Shown: one piece after another, positions 12,401-24,900 of the stretch
How positions within the stretch are numbered: position 1 is the stretch's first letter
How the letters are laid out: each line of letters opens with the position of its first letter
Source of the DNA: Phoronis australis
Taxonomy: Eukaryota; Animalia; Phoronida
Reading direction: 5' to 3'
Assembly (NCBI GenBank): GCA_002633005.1
Contig: NMRA01000057.1
Span: 527,275 to 591,274 of the forward strand
Length of the DNA: 64,000 bases
Position numbers and translations under genes: made by a program
The notes under the pieces: generated by a model
Database searches by the model: none
What the model was told of the DNA's origin: nothing
Seen by the model: only the letters and a program-made list of their open reading frames with translations

Positions 12401-12609
12401 ACACCAAGGAAATGAGGGGAAGCCTTTAATAAGCTGTCTGGTAGAAAGCCAATCAGTGATGGAGAATGGTAGTTATTCCCCCAGTCCTCATACATAACCT
12501 AACGCGTGCGTAGGTGTTCTCACAAACTATTTTATCATTTTTTACAAAAAATTGCGTTGGATTATGCAACGTTAAATAACTTGCGTCAAATATTTTGTTT
12601 AAAAAGTAT

Positions 12610-13065
12610 TCAGTTTTTGCTGTAGTACGTGTAAGGAAACTGGATTTCCAGGTCTGTGTCTCTGGGAAGCGTAGTCTTAAACTGCGCTTGTCAGTAGGAG
12701 ATAGAACATCGATTCAGTTGTCATTCTTAATTAAAGACAGATTAGGTAAGACGACGCCTTGTGAAACACTATTCAGCGTCACCTAACGAGTCAGGATGTC
12801 GCTGCCTGTTTTTAAATTGTACGAACTCCACACTACGACGGTGAATAGTACGATCATTTGGCTGAAAAAGACAATTTTCTTCTTCGGTACATTTCGTCCG
12901 ATTAGCAGCCAGTGTCTCCCTGTAATATTGTGAAGTTCCAAATTCTCCTGCTGGGCCTCCGTCTTGCTGACACTCATGCTCATGAATGAGAGTAATGCTG
13001 TGAGTATCAATTGTTATATATGATAAATTGACGCTTGTTAAGACAAACGAGGTCGTGTCTACATT
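12610..13065 (-). pseudogene. Inverted, diverged second copy of the Polinton integrase end, small TM ORF and penton 5' end
   Basis: ENLELHNITGRHWLLIGRNVPKKKIVFFSQMIVLFTVV..YNL mirrors 14240-14530. The reverse complement of 12640-12760 (aagaatgacaactgaatcgatgttct...gcgcagtttaag...cccagagacacagacctgga) matches 14520-14602. Confidence 0.85.
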
Positions 13066-13304
13066 GAGAGATAACCAATTCAATCTTCGAACATCACTGA
13101 TCTATGACGTTCTCAGGAAACATTAACCGTCGGCAACATCGGGCTGGAAAGAGTTTTGTCAGTAACTAAGAAATGTGAATGTTCCCGGGTACTCAATGGA
13201 AATAAAGAACGTTCGTCATCAGAACAAGAGAGCACGGAAGCGACTACTAGAACCGCTGACGCCCCTCATTCGCAATGGGAAAAGAGACAACATAACACTG
13301 ATGG

Positions 13305-14233
13305 TACATGTAAATTAAGAAGGGTGTACTATGATCCAAGGCACCCAGGAAGTTTGGGAGGAATAGACTCCACTCGACGAGGTCTGAAAGGCAAATTGAA
13401 GAAAAGGATTGTAAAAAATCACTTATATTCGCCACAAACAACTGGCTAGAAATTTTACGAGTCCATTGAGCAGCAGTTCCAGGCAGAGCTTGTAGTCGTG
13501 TCCAAGTTGGCAAAACGTAACGACGGTCACGGGTACATTCTTACCTGTATAGATATGCTCTCGAAATATGCATTAGCTTTTCCACTCCTAGACAAGACGG
13601 GAAAAAGCTTAGTTGAAGCTTTCAAACGTATTTTCGTCAGTGGACGGAAATGCAAGACCTTGAAGACCGGCAAAGGGACGGCGTTTACGAATTGTGTCTT
13701 TCAGAAATTTCTCAAAGAGAAAGGAGATCAAGGCAAGCATCGCCGAACGCTTTAATCGCACTTTAAAACGAAATTTCTTTACATCTAAAAACACCTTGCG
13801 ATACGTTGACGTATTACCCGTGAGGTCCTACAACAACACATACCACCGACCTATCAAGACAACGTCCTCGTCTGTCACACGAGCTAATCAAGAGACATTA
13901 TAGCAGACACTTTACGGATCGTACGTGAAACCCACCAAACCGAAATTTAAGACCAGTGACTGGATAGTTATCAGCACGGCAAAACATCCTTTCAAGAAAG
14001 GATATTTACCAAATTGGACTGAAGAATTCTTTACTATTGATAGAAAGGTCTCAAGCACACTGAAAACTTACACACTGATGGATGATCAAGGAGAAATACT
14101 AGAGGGAACGTTTTATCAACAGGAGCTTCAATACGGTAGCCAACAGAAATGTATACAAGATGGAGAGCGTGCAGCGGGAGAGATATCCCGACTCCTTCAA
14201 CTCGTGGGTCAACGAGCGTCAGTTTGCCACTGA
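13305..14233 (+). pseudogene. Polinton c-integrase (rve family) with C-terminal chromodomain-like end, frameshifted
   Basis: YYDPRHPGSLGG; QFQAELV; NDGHGYILTCIDMLSKYA; KTGKSLVEAFKRI; KASIAERFNRTLK; YNNTYHRPIK; KHPFKKGYLPNWTEEFF; GTFYQQELQ; YPDSFNSWV, spread over several frames. Confidence 0.92.
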
Positions 14234-14271
14234 TAACAATTGATACTCACACCGTTACTCTCATTCACGAG

Positions 14272-14534
14272 CATGAGTTCCATCGAAGCGGAGGCACCAG
14301 AGGAAAATTTGGAACTTGAGAATATTACAGGGAGACACTGGCTATTGTTCGGACAAAAATTACCACGTGCGAAGGAAAGTGTCTTTTCAAGTGATCATAC
14401 TCTTCACCGTCAGAGTGCGGTGTCTGTACAATCTAACAATAGGGAGCGGCAACCCGACTCTTTGGATGACGCAGATTAGCGCTTCAGTCGGCTTCGTCTT
14501 ACCTATTCCGTCTCTAAACAAGAATGACAACTGA
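14272..14534 (+). pseudogene. Polinton small two-TM membrane protein remnant
   Basis: WLLFGQKLPR...FQVIILFTV...YNLTIGSGNPTLWMTQISASVGFVLPIPSL with a frameshift. It lies between integrase and penton. Confidence 0.65.
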
Positions 14535-14645
14535 ATCGATGTTCTGCCAAGTAATAGCTCCAGCGCAGTTTAAGTCTATGTTCCCCAGAGACATAGACCT
14601 GGACTTATGTTGGGAGGTAGGGCTTGCAGAAATTCAAGTGTTGTA
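14524..14645 (+). pseudogene. Polinton minor capsid (penton) N-terminal remnant
   Basis: LPSNSS and FKSMFPRDIDLDLCWEVGLAEIQ are characteristic of the Polinton penton N-terminus. It is truncated and directly followed by mid-major-capsid sequence. Confidence 0.7.
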
Positions 14646-14649
14646 ACTA

Positions 14650-15469
14650 TCAACATATGTGTGATGATAGAGATAATAAATCCATTAACTTCACGAGGCC
14701 AAGAACGGACATTTGATAGCAGCAATCTGGTACAAGGATGCTAGCGGCAAATTTGACACCCTAAGCGACGTTAATTTAGGATGCAAGACGCGTAAGCCAC
14801 TTGCAGCGGGGGGGGGGGGGGGGGCNNNNNNNNNNNNNNNNNNNNNNNNNNNNNNNNNNNNNNGGGGGGGGGGGGGGGTGCTACCCTTGACATGACGGGT
14901 AAACTCCACAATGACATATTTATCCAAGACAGATACCTACTCAACAACGTTTACACAAATATAAGATTGGTGCGAAACAAGAACTTGTTCGCCGTCATGT
15001 CACCGACGGCGCGAGGGTGCTAGTACACATAAAGGCCCTTGAGAAAAGCACCGCAAAGTACCCTCTGCGACACATCGAATGCAAAGTGATTTCCATGCCA
15101 GCCGGACACCTGTCTATGACACAAAGAATTTTCTTCTATGTCAAATTCCCAAGAGGGTAATTGTGTGATTTTGTGATACAGACGCCTACAGCAGATCGTA
15201 TGCCAAGAACCCTTTCACTTTTTAACATTACAACATCAATCATTTCTCTCTTTAGCTCGACGGGGTGCAGGTTCCTTCTAAATCACTACATCCAAAATTT
15301 GACCAATCTACGTTCGTTAGAGCTTTTACGATCTTGTGTTCGAGAACCGAAGAGAATTACGAGGACGAAGGCATTCGCATCTACAATAAACAATGTAGGT
15401 TATGCTGAGTTTGAGAGCATTGTGGAAATTGACAGAGCTAGAAACGTCTTATTTGATTTCACACCATGA
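14650..15469 (+). pseudogene. Polinton major capsid (hexon/double jelly-roll) remnant, central and C-terminal part
   Basis: IWYKDASGKFD; LDMTGKLHNDIFIQDRYLLNNV..IRLVRNKN; ALEKSTAKYPLRHIECKVISMPAG; QIPKRVI; KNPFTF.HYNIN..SL.LDGVQVPSK; YAEFESIVEIDRARNVLFDF at the C-terminus. Interrupted by poly-G and an N gap. Confidence 0.85.
14808..14878. other. Assembly gap (38 N, 14826-14863) flanked by poly-G
   Basis: Seen directly in the sequence. Confidence 0.95.
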
Positions 15470-15860
15470 GGATTGTCTCGATTACTACAATTCTAGAAAG
15501 TGGTGACGTTGGCGGTTGTCTCCCAAGTGATGAATTGTGTAATGTAGGTGTCGTTTCACATTCGAATGCTTACGTTTGCACCTATACTATCCTAGCTACA
15601 GTACACACCTGGAACACAATGGATGGCTATTTAGCTGACCGAGAATGGAAAAGGAGAACATCTCGACTCGTACGGCGTGCCACCTCTATGGCACCACTTG
15701 CGAGACTTTACCGATAGAAATACGAATGGATGGACAACTCAGACCAGACAACTTCAGGGACTTTCGTGGGCAGTTTCCGGACAATCTTGTATAGTTTATT
15801 TGTTATATCGGTGCCGCGCATGAAGCATGGACTTTATTGCCAATTTGTTTGATAAAGGCA
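15466..15860 (+). pseudogene. Polinton adenovirus-like cysteine protease remnant
   Basis: GCLPSDEL, then PGTQWMAI*LTENGKGEHLDSYGVPP (cf. PGxHW...EYFDSYGxxP), directly after the capsid stop codon. Confidence 0.7.
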
Positions 15861-18431
15861 CTGAAACTTACGATCGCTCTGTTTTAGAATTTATTGACGG
15901 ATTAATGTAATCACAACATGTAATTCAATTCAACGTCTAAAAGCCCATTGTAACTTATGGTATTACGCTACACATACAACAAAATTTTACTGGAATTAAA
16001 ACATTGGTAGCTGACATGTGTTAATGCTTGTTTACGAAAAAAAAATGAATAAAAATATTGGAATAATCAGAATTGTTTACAATAAATAAACTCACCACAG
16101 AGGTAGTGCTTGTAAAATACCTTTCGACAACTTCAGAGGACGGTTCATCTACAAAATAAAATACAAAAAACGAGTATTTAAAAAGAGTTTTCAATATTCA
16201 GTATGGGCGATTGATCAAAAAAGACGAAGCACTGAATACCACGTACGAAAAACGAAATTTATAAATCTGTAAAGTTAAGAGTTAAGAAAATGTTAACTCA
16301 CCACTATCTTACAAACTCTCATCTCGGAATAGTTTGCATTCTGTAGACTTCGTCAAAACTATACTCAGTTTACTGATATCTCCGGCGTTACACACATCGT
16401 GTAGCACCTAATACATGTAGTACATAGACGGGAATAAATTTACGGCGTATGCAGTTGTTTGGTTCGAAATACAAGTAATTGACCAAGTATAAAGAAAACT
16501 AAAGGCACGTGCCTGTCGAAATTTGTTTAAGCACCCAGCGCATTATTTAAGTGCAACAGTCGTAGACGGGTTCAAAATATACTTAATTGACCCCGCATAA
16601 AGTAAAATATGTGTCCGCCGGCGAGTCTTTATTTAAAATTATATAAGAAAATCTTATGTATTCCTGTGCATTCATCAACATTCATCCACTTCCGTATGCT
16701 GTTATTGAAATATAAACAAGTTTCTTTTCCCTCTTATGTGGTTACAATAGCTCATTATTAGTTTAGTACCTTTCACGCGTTAGCTACATGTACATGCGAC
16801 ATCTGTTGTTGAATTAGGTGGTTACAATTTTTTCTTATTATTTTAGGTGGCACCGAACAGTTAGGCTGCGGCCGCGGCCAATTTGCACTCCCAAAATATT
16901 AAAATCTAGGAGTAGGCCAGGCTTAGGGTATTTTCAGTTAGGTATTGTATGTAAGCCAAGTGAATACGGTTTGTCTGTATTTGTGATTATGTTGAGAATG
17001 AAGAAAAGACCATTTGCTCGGCTGTGGTTGCAATCTTCTTCAAGATGGCGTTGCTGGGCAGCGCAGACTGAGAAATTGGCCGCAATTTCAGGTAGCCCTA
17101 AAACGAGTCAGATTTGCACAAAAACTAGTAAGTTGACAGTACTTTTGGACCACATATTTGGAATCGGTAAGAAATTTGCTTTCGGAATCTAATATTGGCT
17201 TTAGTCGAGCCTCGGTAGGGAAGTGGTGGCTTTGAGGTGAAAAATGCCGATTTTGCGTTTTTGCCCCTGTTTTTCTTAGTCTAGCTTGGTTTTCAGAAGG
17301 AGTGAAAGGGTCAAAAATACAAGATAAAACTGTGCTCTCCTGTAGGGCTTGTGATGTGAAATGACTCAAAACCTTTCTTTCTTTGCATGCAGTTTTTTAC
17401 AGAGTGAAGAAACGGTGAAGAGTCCATTGACGTGTGTTCTGGTAGGAAAACTGGGAACTGTTCTGTGTCCCTTGGTACCTTTCATAGATTAGGAATACGC
17501 GATACCTGTTGTTGAGAGATGAGAGAGAACAAAGGGGTTAAATTACACAACGACAAGAAGTGGTGGCGCGCGCAACCGTAAATAAGGGAATCAATCTTTT
17601 GTTCTTATTCAGTAAAACATGATCTCCATTTTGTTTCCAATCTCGATCGGCTGAACTCTACGAACACAACGTCTTTTTATTGTCAGAACATCCGAGTGGT
17701 GGACGGTGCCACGCCATCTAATCTACCTGTGGATGTCAGCAGTCACGTGACTGCCGATTCGGTCAAAAATTTTGTCATGATATTTATGTTTCCGAAAAGA
17801 CAACCGGGAGTAAAAACTTCACGAATTATTTGTAGGAAGTATTGGGAAAGACACGCGGGCACTGTCAAACGCGCGTCCCGTCACAATAGCAATATTGTCG
17901 TAATACCACGCTCCCATGCTTTTTCCTACGTCAAGCACTTCAAACTAAAATTCGTCCATGGACCATTGTCATCATTTGTCTGCTGCTTCTGTTGCTACTC
18001 AAAACTTTTTGCATTATTTGAGTTTGGGACCACTCTAATACATTTGAATTGTGTGGCATGATCTCAGTTGGGTCGACTAGAATATTTTCAACACCAGTTT
18101 AATTTCCATGACTCAGAGAGCCGAGCCTCTGATTTTTGATTTTCCATAGAAGATATCGGTGTTTATACAGGAACTTTTGATAGCAGATATGTCACCGTTG
18201 TTTGACTGTCTGAGATATGACTCCTGCGTATTCAGTTGGCATACACGTACATGTAGCACATACACGAAGTTGCCCGCAGTTTATAAGGTTTCTTAGAAAT
18301 TCTTGCTCAAAGCAAAACAAGACAATTACACCAAAAATGGCGGTCACGTGTTTAATAACAACTGCGCGACATTTTAAGGCACAGATTAAGATTATTCAGT
18401 CATCGAGAATTCCTAGAGAATATGCCCTACT

Positions 18432-18481
18432 TTTCGAAGTTGAATCGGAAAATTTTTGAATTGTCCGATTCAACTTCGAAA
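18432..18481. repeat. Short hairpin with a perfect ~18 bp stem
   Basis: tttcgaagttgaatcgga ... tccgattcaacttcgaaa. Confidence 0.85.
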
Positions 18482-20227
18482 TGCCAAATAACTCATTAAA
18501 ATGAGTTGTTTGGCGAAGTTCGACAATTACCTTAAATATGGTAACTGATAGCAACCTAAATATTCTAGCCAATTAGTATTTCGAAGTATTGTTTGCTCCA
18601 AGGTGAAAAAAAAACCCAAAAAAGAATAAAAAAGCGATACAGATACGCGCAAGTGAATTAAACTAGATTTTTAACACCGTCAAGACACGGTAGTTCTACG
18701 GCAAACAAATGTGTGACACTCTCGAACAACACAAAAACATATTAGGTATTATAATTCACATATTTATCACGTAGAAGTATTAAAAATGCGACCAAAAACT
18801 TGTATCTTCACAAGTAAAAGTAAGAAAACAAAACGAAGAAGTGCATTTTCTCAAATGACCTGGAACGTGTTACGACACGGCTGGTTAATAACACCGAGTA
18901 CGTAATTTTTTGATAATGCATGGGCGAATTACAAAGTAGTGCAAAGTAGAAATCCATACGCCTTACTCGTCTGCAAAACACTGTAACAACCAAACGCGCA
19001 ACAACCAAACAATGGCCATGTAGACAACTTCTTAAACGGACCCATCTTCGGCGGCGAATTCCACATCCACGTTCATTCAAACGGAGACGAGACCCAACTC
19101 AAGAAACGCGGCGAGACTACGTCTAGCTGTGCTGTCTCAAGGTCAATTCAGTGCTCACGCGCGGGGAAGCCTTGCTAACTCTTATTTATAAACAATTTAT
19201 GTTTTAATATCACCACTTCAAAGATTATTTATTAGATTCTAACAAGAATATTTGCCATGAAAGCTGAATGCTATTTACAATTACGAAGTTTAAAATAAAA
19301 GTATCAACAAAAAGCCTGGTGACTGAATTACTTTATTGCGCAAGCGTGTTTTTACAAAAGTTGCGTCATGTGGTTGAAAGTTTTATACACGTCGAGTTTT
19401 TCGACAAAAAGATCGTTTTTACGGCAAGCCTCGAGATTTTGACAAAATTTCCAAGAGGTTTTGCTCATATCATAAACCTGAGACGAGTGTAGGATCCTCT
19501 CGTAGATCGGTTATTGCAGCCGTAACGACATGGGGTATTCCACAACGTAAACTTTACACTCAAAAGCACCGAGACAGGCGGTGTCTATGGAGGGCTTGGA
19601 ATGGCCCCATGACAAAAACAGAAAATTTTTCAGGTGATGTATCGTTCTACAAATAAATAGGTTTATGTGATAGAAATATTTTTTGTGTCTTAAATTTTAC
19701 TGAAATAAATGTTTTTGCATGAATAGAGTCAAAGTAATGATAATAAAGAGACCAGAGGAAAATGGAAATCAAAGAAAACCAAATGAAAACCAAAAAGAGG
19801 AAATCTTCTTGAAAGAAGAAAATTCCAAGCCCTTAATATGTCAGCAACGAAACTTGTGACTAGTACTCCAAGTTAGCGAAACAAGACTACGTTTGTTAAA
19901 TCCACGAATTTTGGCCCCTGCGTTTATATATTGCCACCGATGATGGGCGCAGACGGCTTTTGCGCACGCCAATTAAGGTGCTTTTGAAAGTTTTCACCCA
20001 TTTTTAGTGCTTCTACCTTGCATTTCATAGTTGCAAAATTGAATACACGCCAACATCGACAAATTCATAACGATAAGTCAAGTTTCACTCGCACTTAGAC
20101 AGCGTTTCATTAAAGGTCCACTCACACAATTTCGTATATGGACCAGGACCTAAATAGCATGTACGCAGTAACGAGATGGAAGATACCCAGAACATACATT
20201 GGTTTGCCTATCAACGGAGCTGACACT

Positions 20228-20597
20228 CGAGACTGAGGTCAAGTCAAAGGTTACACGTACATATGACATCCGAGACTGAACTAGTAAAAGGCTACACGTA
20301 CATATAACATCAGAAACTGAGCTAGTCAAAGATTATATGTACATATGCCATCCGAGATTGAGCTAGTAAAAGGCTACATATAGGTATGACGCCGAAGACT
20401 GAGCTAGTCAAAGGTAACACGTACATACTGAGACTGAGTAAGTCAAAGTTTACATGTAGCCTACATATGGCACCGGAGATTGAACTAGTCAAAGGCTACA
20501 CGTACATATATGATATCCGAGATTGAGCCAGTCAAAGGCTATGGCGCACATACGACACCGGTGACTGCGCTAGTCAAAGGCCACAGGTACATATAAT
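20228..20597. repeat. Minisatellite, ~9 copies of a ~41 bp unit
   Basis: Consensus GAGACTGAGCTAGTCAAAGGCTACACGTACATATGACATCC. Unit starts at about 20228, 20272, 20313, 20354, 20395, 20430, 20476, 20519 and 20560. Confidence 0.92.
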
Positions 20598-20675
20598 ACT
20601 CTGTATTTGGAACTATATACATCCCCACCTACTCCACACTTCTAAATAAATGGAAGTCAGTAAACTTGAGCTGTC

Positions 20676-20702
20676 ACCACCACCACCACCACCACCACCA
20701 CA
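20676..20702. repeat. (CAC)n microsatellite
   Basis: Run of cac triplets. Confidence 0.9.
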
Positions 20703-21921
20703 TAAACATGGACCCCTAAATCATTTTCTAACTGCTTACTTGGGTATAACTTTCTGTTTTTCCAGAACCAGTTTTCTCAGTCACAGAATTTTCAGCTATA
20801 ATACCTCTTCCATGAGTGTTCCATGGTCGCGGAAATGATATCAGCATTTTCCAGATTTCCTCAAAATCTTTCCAATGGACAACATGGCAGAAACTCCCAA
20901 CTCTGAAGCCTGTCCCAAACTGCCATATTCATCACCTAATCTGTCGGGAGTCATAGCCCCAACTAACAGGTTATACTGCAAAGAACCTTGATGACTGAAT
21001 AAACCCTGATTGTGAGACAACAATGACCACTTGTATGAGGTGTGGCAACAGGGTATCAGGCAACTTGACTTCCTGAGTGACTAATTATTCTCTATCCAAT
21101 CAAACGTCCATTGTGTATCCATTTTCTGAGGAGTAGTGATGTGACAAATGCCTTGCAGTTGTTGAGCAGCAGCTGTATTCTGTCATGGATCTAACAGTGC
21201 GAGATGTTTTTCAGCATTTTCATATAATTTTATTCTCTGTGACCATCATGTCTTAAAATCACCACTGTACGTCTGGTTACATATTTTACGATTCACACAA
21301 TAAAGCCTCTCACAAAATGCATAATATTCCCTGAGTTTTAGGTGGAATATCCCTAGTCAAGCACTTTATAAAGTGAAGCTGTTGACCCTGCTGCTAACTA
21401 AGGTTACTGTAGTCACAAAATGGCAGGCTCCAAGTAGTTGCAAGTAAACCGAAAAATTTCTGTGACTGGTGTTATTCCTAAAATAATCAATAAATTCCAG
21501 CTAGATGTGCAAAATATCCATGTACTAAAATAAAAACGCTTCAATTGGATATTCAATAATTAAGTTGCTTTTCGATGAAGGCCAGCTTATTTGATTATCA
21601 GTTTATGCTAATAATAGTCTACACAGAACCACAGACATTCTCTTGCTTGCTTCAATAAGCAGCCAATGCTTTTCTGTTTGGACTACCCTTTCTTACTCAT
21701 AGTTCAAGAAGTGAAAATGGGCTCAGGTTACCGACCTTAGTTAATATTGTTCTAGTTTGATGATTCATCTCCAGGAAACTCTTGGCTGACCATTAAGGAA
21801 ATCGAACAGGAAATAATTGTGATAATTAGGAAATCATTAGGAATGAATTAGTTTATCTCCCTCTCACAATGGAGTTTTTTTACAATGTCGGAATCAGTTA
21901 GTTCATCTACATGTAACAATG

Positions 21922-24900
21922 TCACACACTAGACTGCGAGAGCTTGTATAATTTCACAGCACAATCTTCCAGCCTATCTCTGTATTCCAACTTTGCATAG
22001 TTGCACTCTGGTACCCCACTTAGGCCATAGATGGCGCCAAACCAGGCAGCAGCAATGACACCAGTACTGTCACTGTCCCCGCAGTGGAACATGGATCGAC
22101 TGCATAACTCTTCCCATGAATCACCAGCGCCTAGCAACGCATCATACCTGCGCAAATCACAACATGAATTACTGCGAGACTGATAGACGTTCCAAGTTTG
22201 AAGTGCAAATGGACATGGAAAGCGACTGATCAGCAGTCTGAAGTACCAACTGTCTGCCCATATGTAGACTATAGTTAAATGGTGAGAACTGACATTATTG
22301 TGAAGTTAGCAATCGACTGCAATTTATTTTTTTGTGACACACCCCAGGTCTGAGGCACTAAATTGAAATGCACTGTGCAGGTGATCGTCTGCTCACAGTA
22401 AACTGGCTGTATTGTATAGTTGATACATGTTCACTGACATCTATGTTAAATTGAACGTGTTAGTGCTTGCACTGAAGTGATCCAATCTCTACTCATTGCA
22501 TATCACACAGCATGAATTCGAAACCATGGAACAGTTGTCTGAATGCAACCAAAATAATTTGCACACACGAAGTCTGAAGTAAGAAAAAACAGCAGAGAGA
22601 TGGTTTTTATGCATAGAAGTAACCGCTTCTCATCTAATTTACCAAGAACCTGAAAATTTGTTTAATTGTCATGAATAAAAGAAAAATGTCTACAAATCAT
22701 ATTATATTCAATAATTCTTACGCAATTATTGCAGAGTCAACACCACAGGCACCTGGCCATTTTGAAGGGTTAACAGCCACAGAAGTGTAGAACTCATCAC
22801 GCTCCTCTATGCCAAACTTTTCTGGAAACTTTGGCTGACTCTGTCCATCACTAATACATCGAGCTTGAAGATACTGTTCCCAAGGGCCCGTGAACTTTGA
22901 CCTGAAACAGACATTACCTTACTTTCTAATTGGTTGACAGAGAAAGCAGGCCAGGTGAACAGAAATGTGTCATGTCAAGGGAACCAGAAATACTGCTGAC
23001 TTACAAAATTATGACTTTTTGTACACGAGCAAATTAAATTACAAAACAAGAGGAAGGTAGAGTGTTGCTATGTGCCCAAATTGTGCATCGAAACTAGCAA
23101 ATTAAGATACAATTAAGAATGAGCACTATTATAAATGGCTAATAGAAAAGTACCAATTATAGTAGCAATGCAGTTAAATTCTAGAGGGAAATGAGGTTAG
23201 CCATGCAGCCTACAAAAAACATATCTAGCAAATTGCATGTCAATCGTCATGCAATTGGTAAATACAGACCGAGGTTGATGTCAGAAAACAGATGTCACAT
23301 GCTGTGTCACAAATGGTCACAGCACAGGTTGGAATCATTGCTTTGTGAAAGGTTCCATTCTCATTAAGATATTAACACACCTGGCAAACTAAATGAAGCT
23401 TCATTAATGAACAAGAAACATGGTAGATATTGAGGTAGGCACAAAGAATACTAAAAATTGCCACTAGGGGGCACATCAGTGCTCAAGTCTGTTCAAAAAT
23501 CAATAAGTAATGCCATCCACACACAACAAATTTCATGAAAATTTTCTATGCGGTTGTGTGGCATATGTCAAAAACGGAAAAATAATCAAATTGCCGCCAT
23601 TGCTACAAGAGGGTGCAGAACATGTGACGTCGGTCAAAAAACGTAGCTACCGTCTTCATCATGGTACAAACAGACCAGTCCTGCCAAACTCCATGAAGAA
23701 TTTGGAAGATACGGAGGTAGATGCAAACAAACCCAAAACTGCCACAAGGAGTGGACATCAAGCAATGGAACCAAAACATTTTAAAATTTTGTCAAAGGGG
23801 AACAGGTAATACCAGATCTATCCAAAAAAGGCTACGAGTCGCCCTCTCCTTACTATAAAAATATTTTGCCAATGAAATTTGATTTTAAAAAATCAAGGAA
23901 CTTGTCGAGATAAACTAAGATAGGCAGCACTACTCATAGTAATCCAAAAATATGTGTGACTGTGCTGTTTTCTATACAAAAGAAGCAATTTGTCTGCAAA
24001 TCTCAGAAAAATCCCTTCAAAGCTGGATGAGGAAGATAGCAGGTGCAAGGTATTTAAACAGAGGTGATGGTAATATACACCCACTGCACTATATATAGAT
24101 AAATAATGAAAAAAATAATAACAACGTTTGACTTACCAATCATTTTTGCTTTTTTCATAACAATGGTCTGTACTTTGAATATAATCTAATGATTTTGGGA
24201 GAACTTTGAGTAGACGACATCCCCATTCTATGATAGGAATACCTAGAAACAAAATAAGAATTAAAATGAAGTAAAATGCACAGACACCTTTTTGCAATTC
24301 ACACTATGAAGCAAAGATAACAAAGGTTGCAACATTTAACAACTTCAGTACAACACTTATGCCATAAAGGACAACATGAGAGGAAAAAGAAGACAATTGG
24401 AAACAAATCTTGACTTGTGCTCCAATGAATTTCCCACATGATAACAGGCTTTAGCCAGTAATGGAGCAATTAAAGGTGGACATAGAATAGATATTAAACT
24501 TTGTTTGTTCACATTACAGCCGAATTAGACCATTAAGCCTAAGCCAAGCTATCATGCTTTATACCCGCAGTGAGCTACAGAGTTGGAATTTGGTGCCAAC
24601 TTTGACAAAACCAGCGGCAAACCGCAGCCGTCAAATCCATTATGGTGAATTGGAGGTCGTTAAGGCAACCTAGACCCACCATAGTGACCACCTGGTGAAG
24701 CTGTGTCATTAGATTGATACAGAATTAATGGCCATAATGGCTAATAAGAAGTGATCCATACAGGCAACTGGGAGTAACTGTATGCAAAAATGAACAAAAT
24801 TTTGTCTGTCTGTAACTGATCTGAATTGTTGAAAGCATTGTCACAGTTGTCTGAGTTCCCACCAATAAAACACTGTCTACAGATGAGCTAAGTTTTAAAA

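Larger units (their letters stand above)
12600..15900 (+). mobile_element. Decayed Polinton/Maverick (adintovirus-like) element
   Basis: Co-oriented remnants of a conserved Polinton ORF (SNITDL.YDVLRK...GWKEF..L.NVNVP..NGNKER, ~13070-13215), retroviral-like integrase, small TM protein, penton, major capsid and adenain-like protease. Many stops and frameshifts. No PolB, packaging ATPase or TIRs recognised. Confidence 0.88.

Noticed and set aside
14691-14927. Poly-Pro / poly-Gly ORFs
   Set aside because: Artefacts of the poly-G run and N gap within the capsid remnant.
20228-20597. CRISPR-like periodic array
   Set aside because: Units are head-to-tail with no unique spacers, there are no cas genes, and the context is eukaryotic. 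It is a minisatellite.
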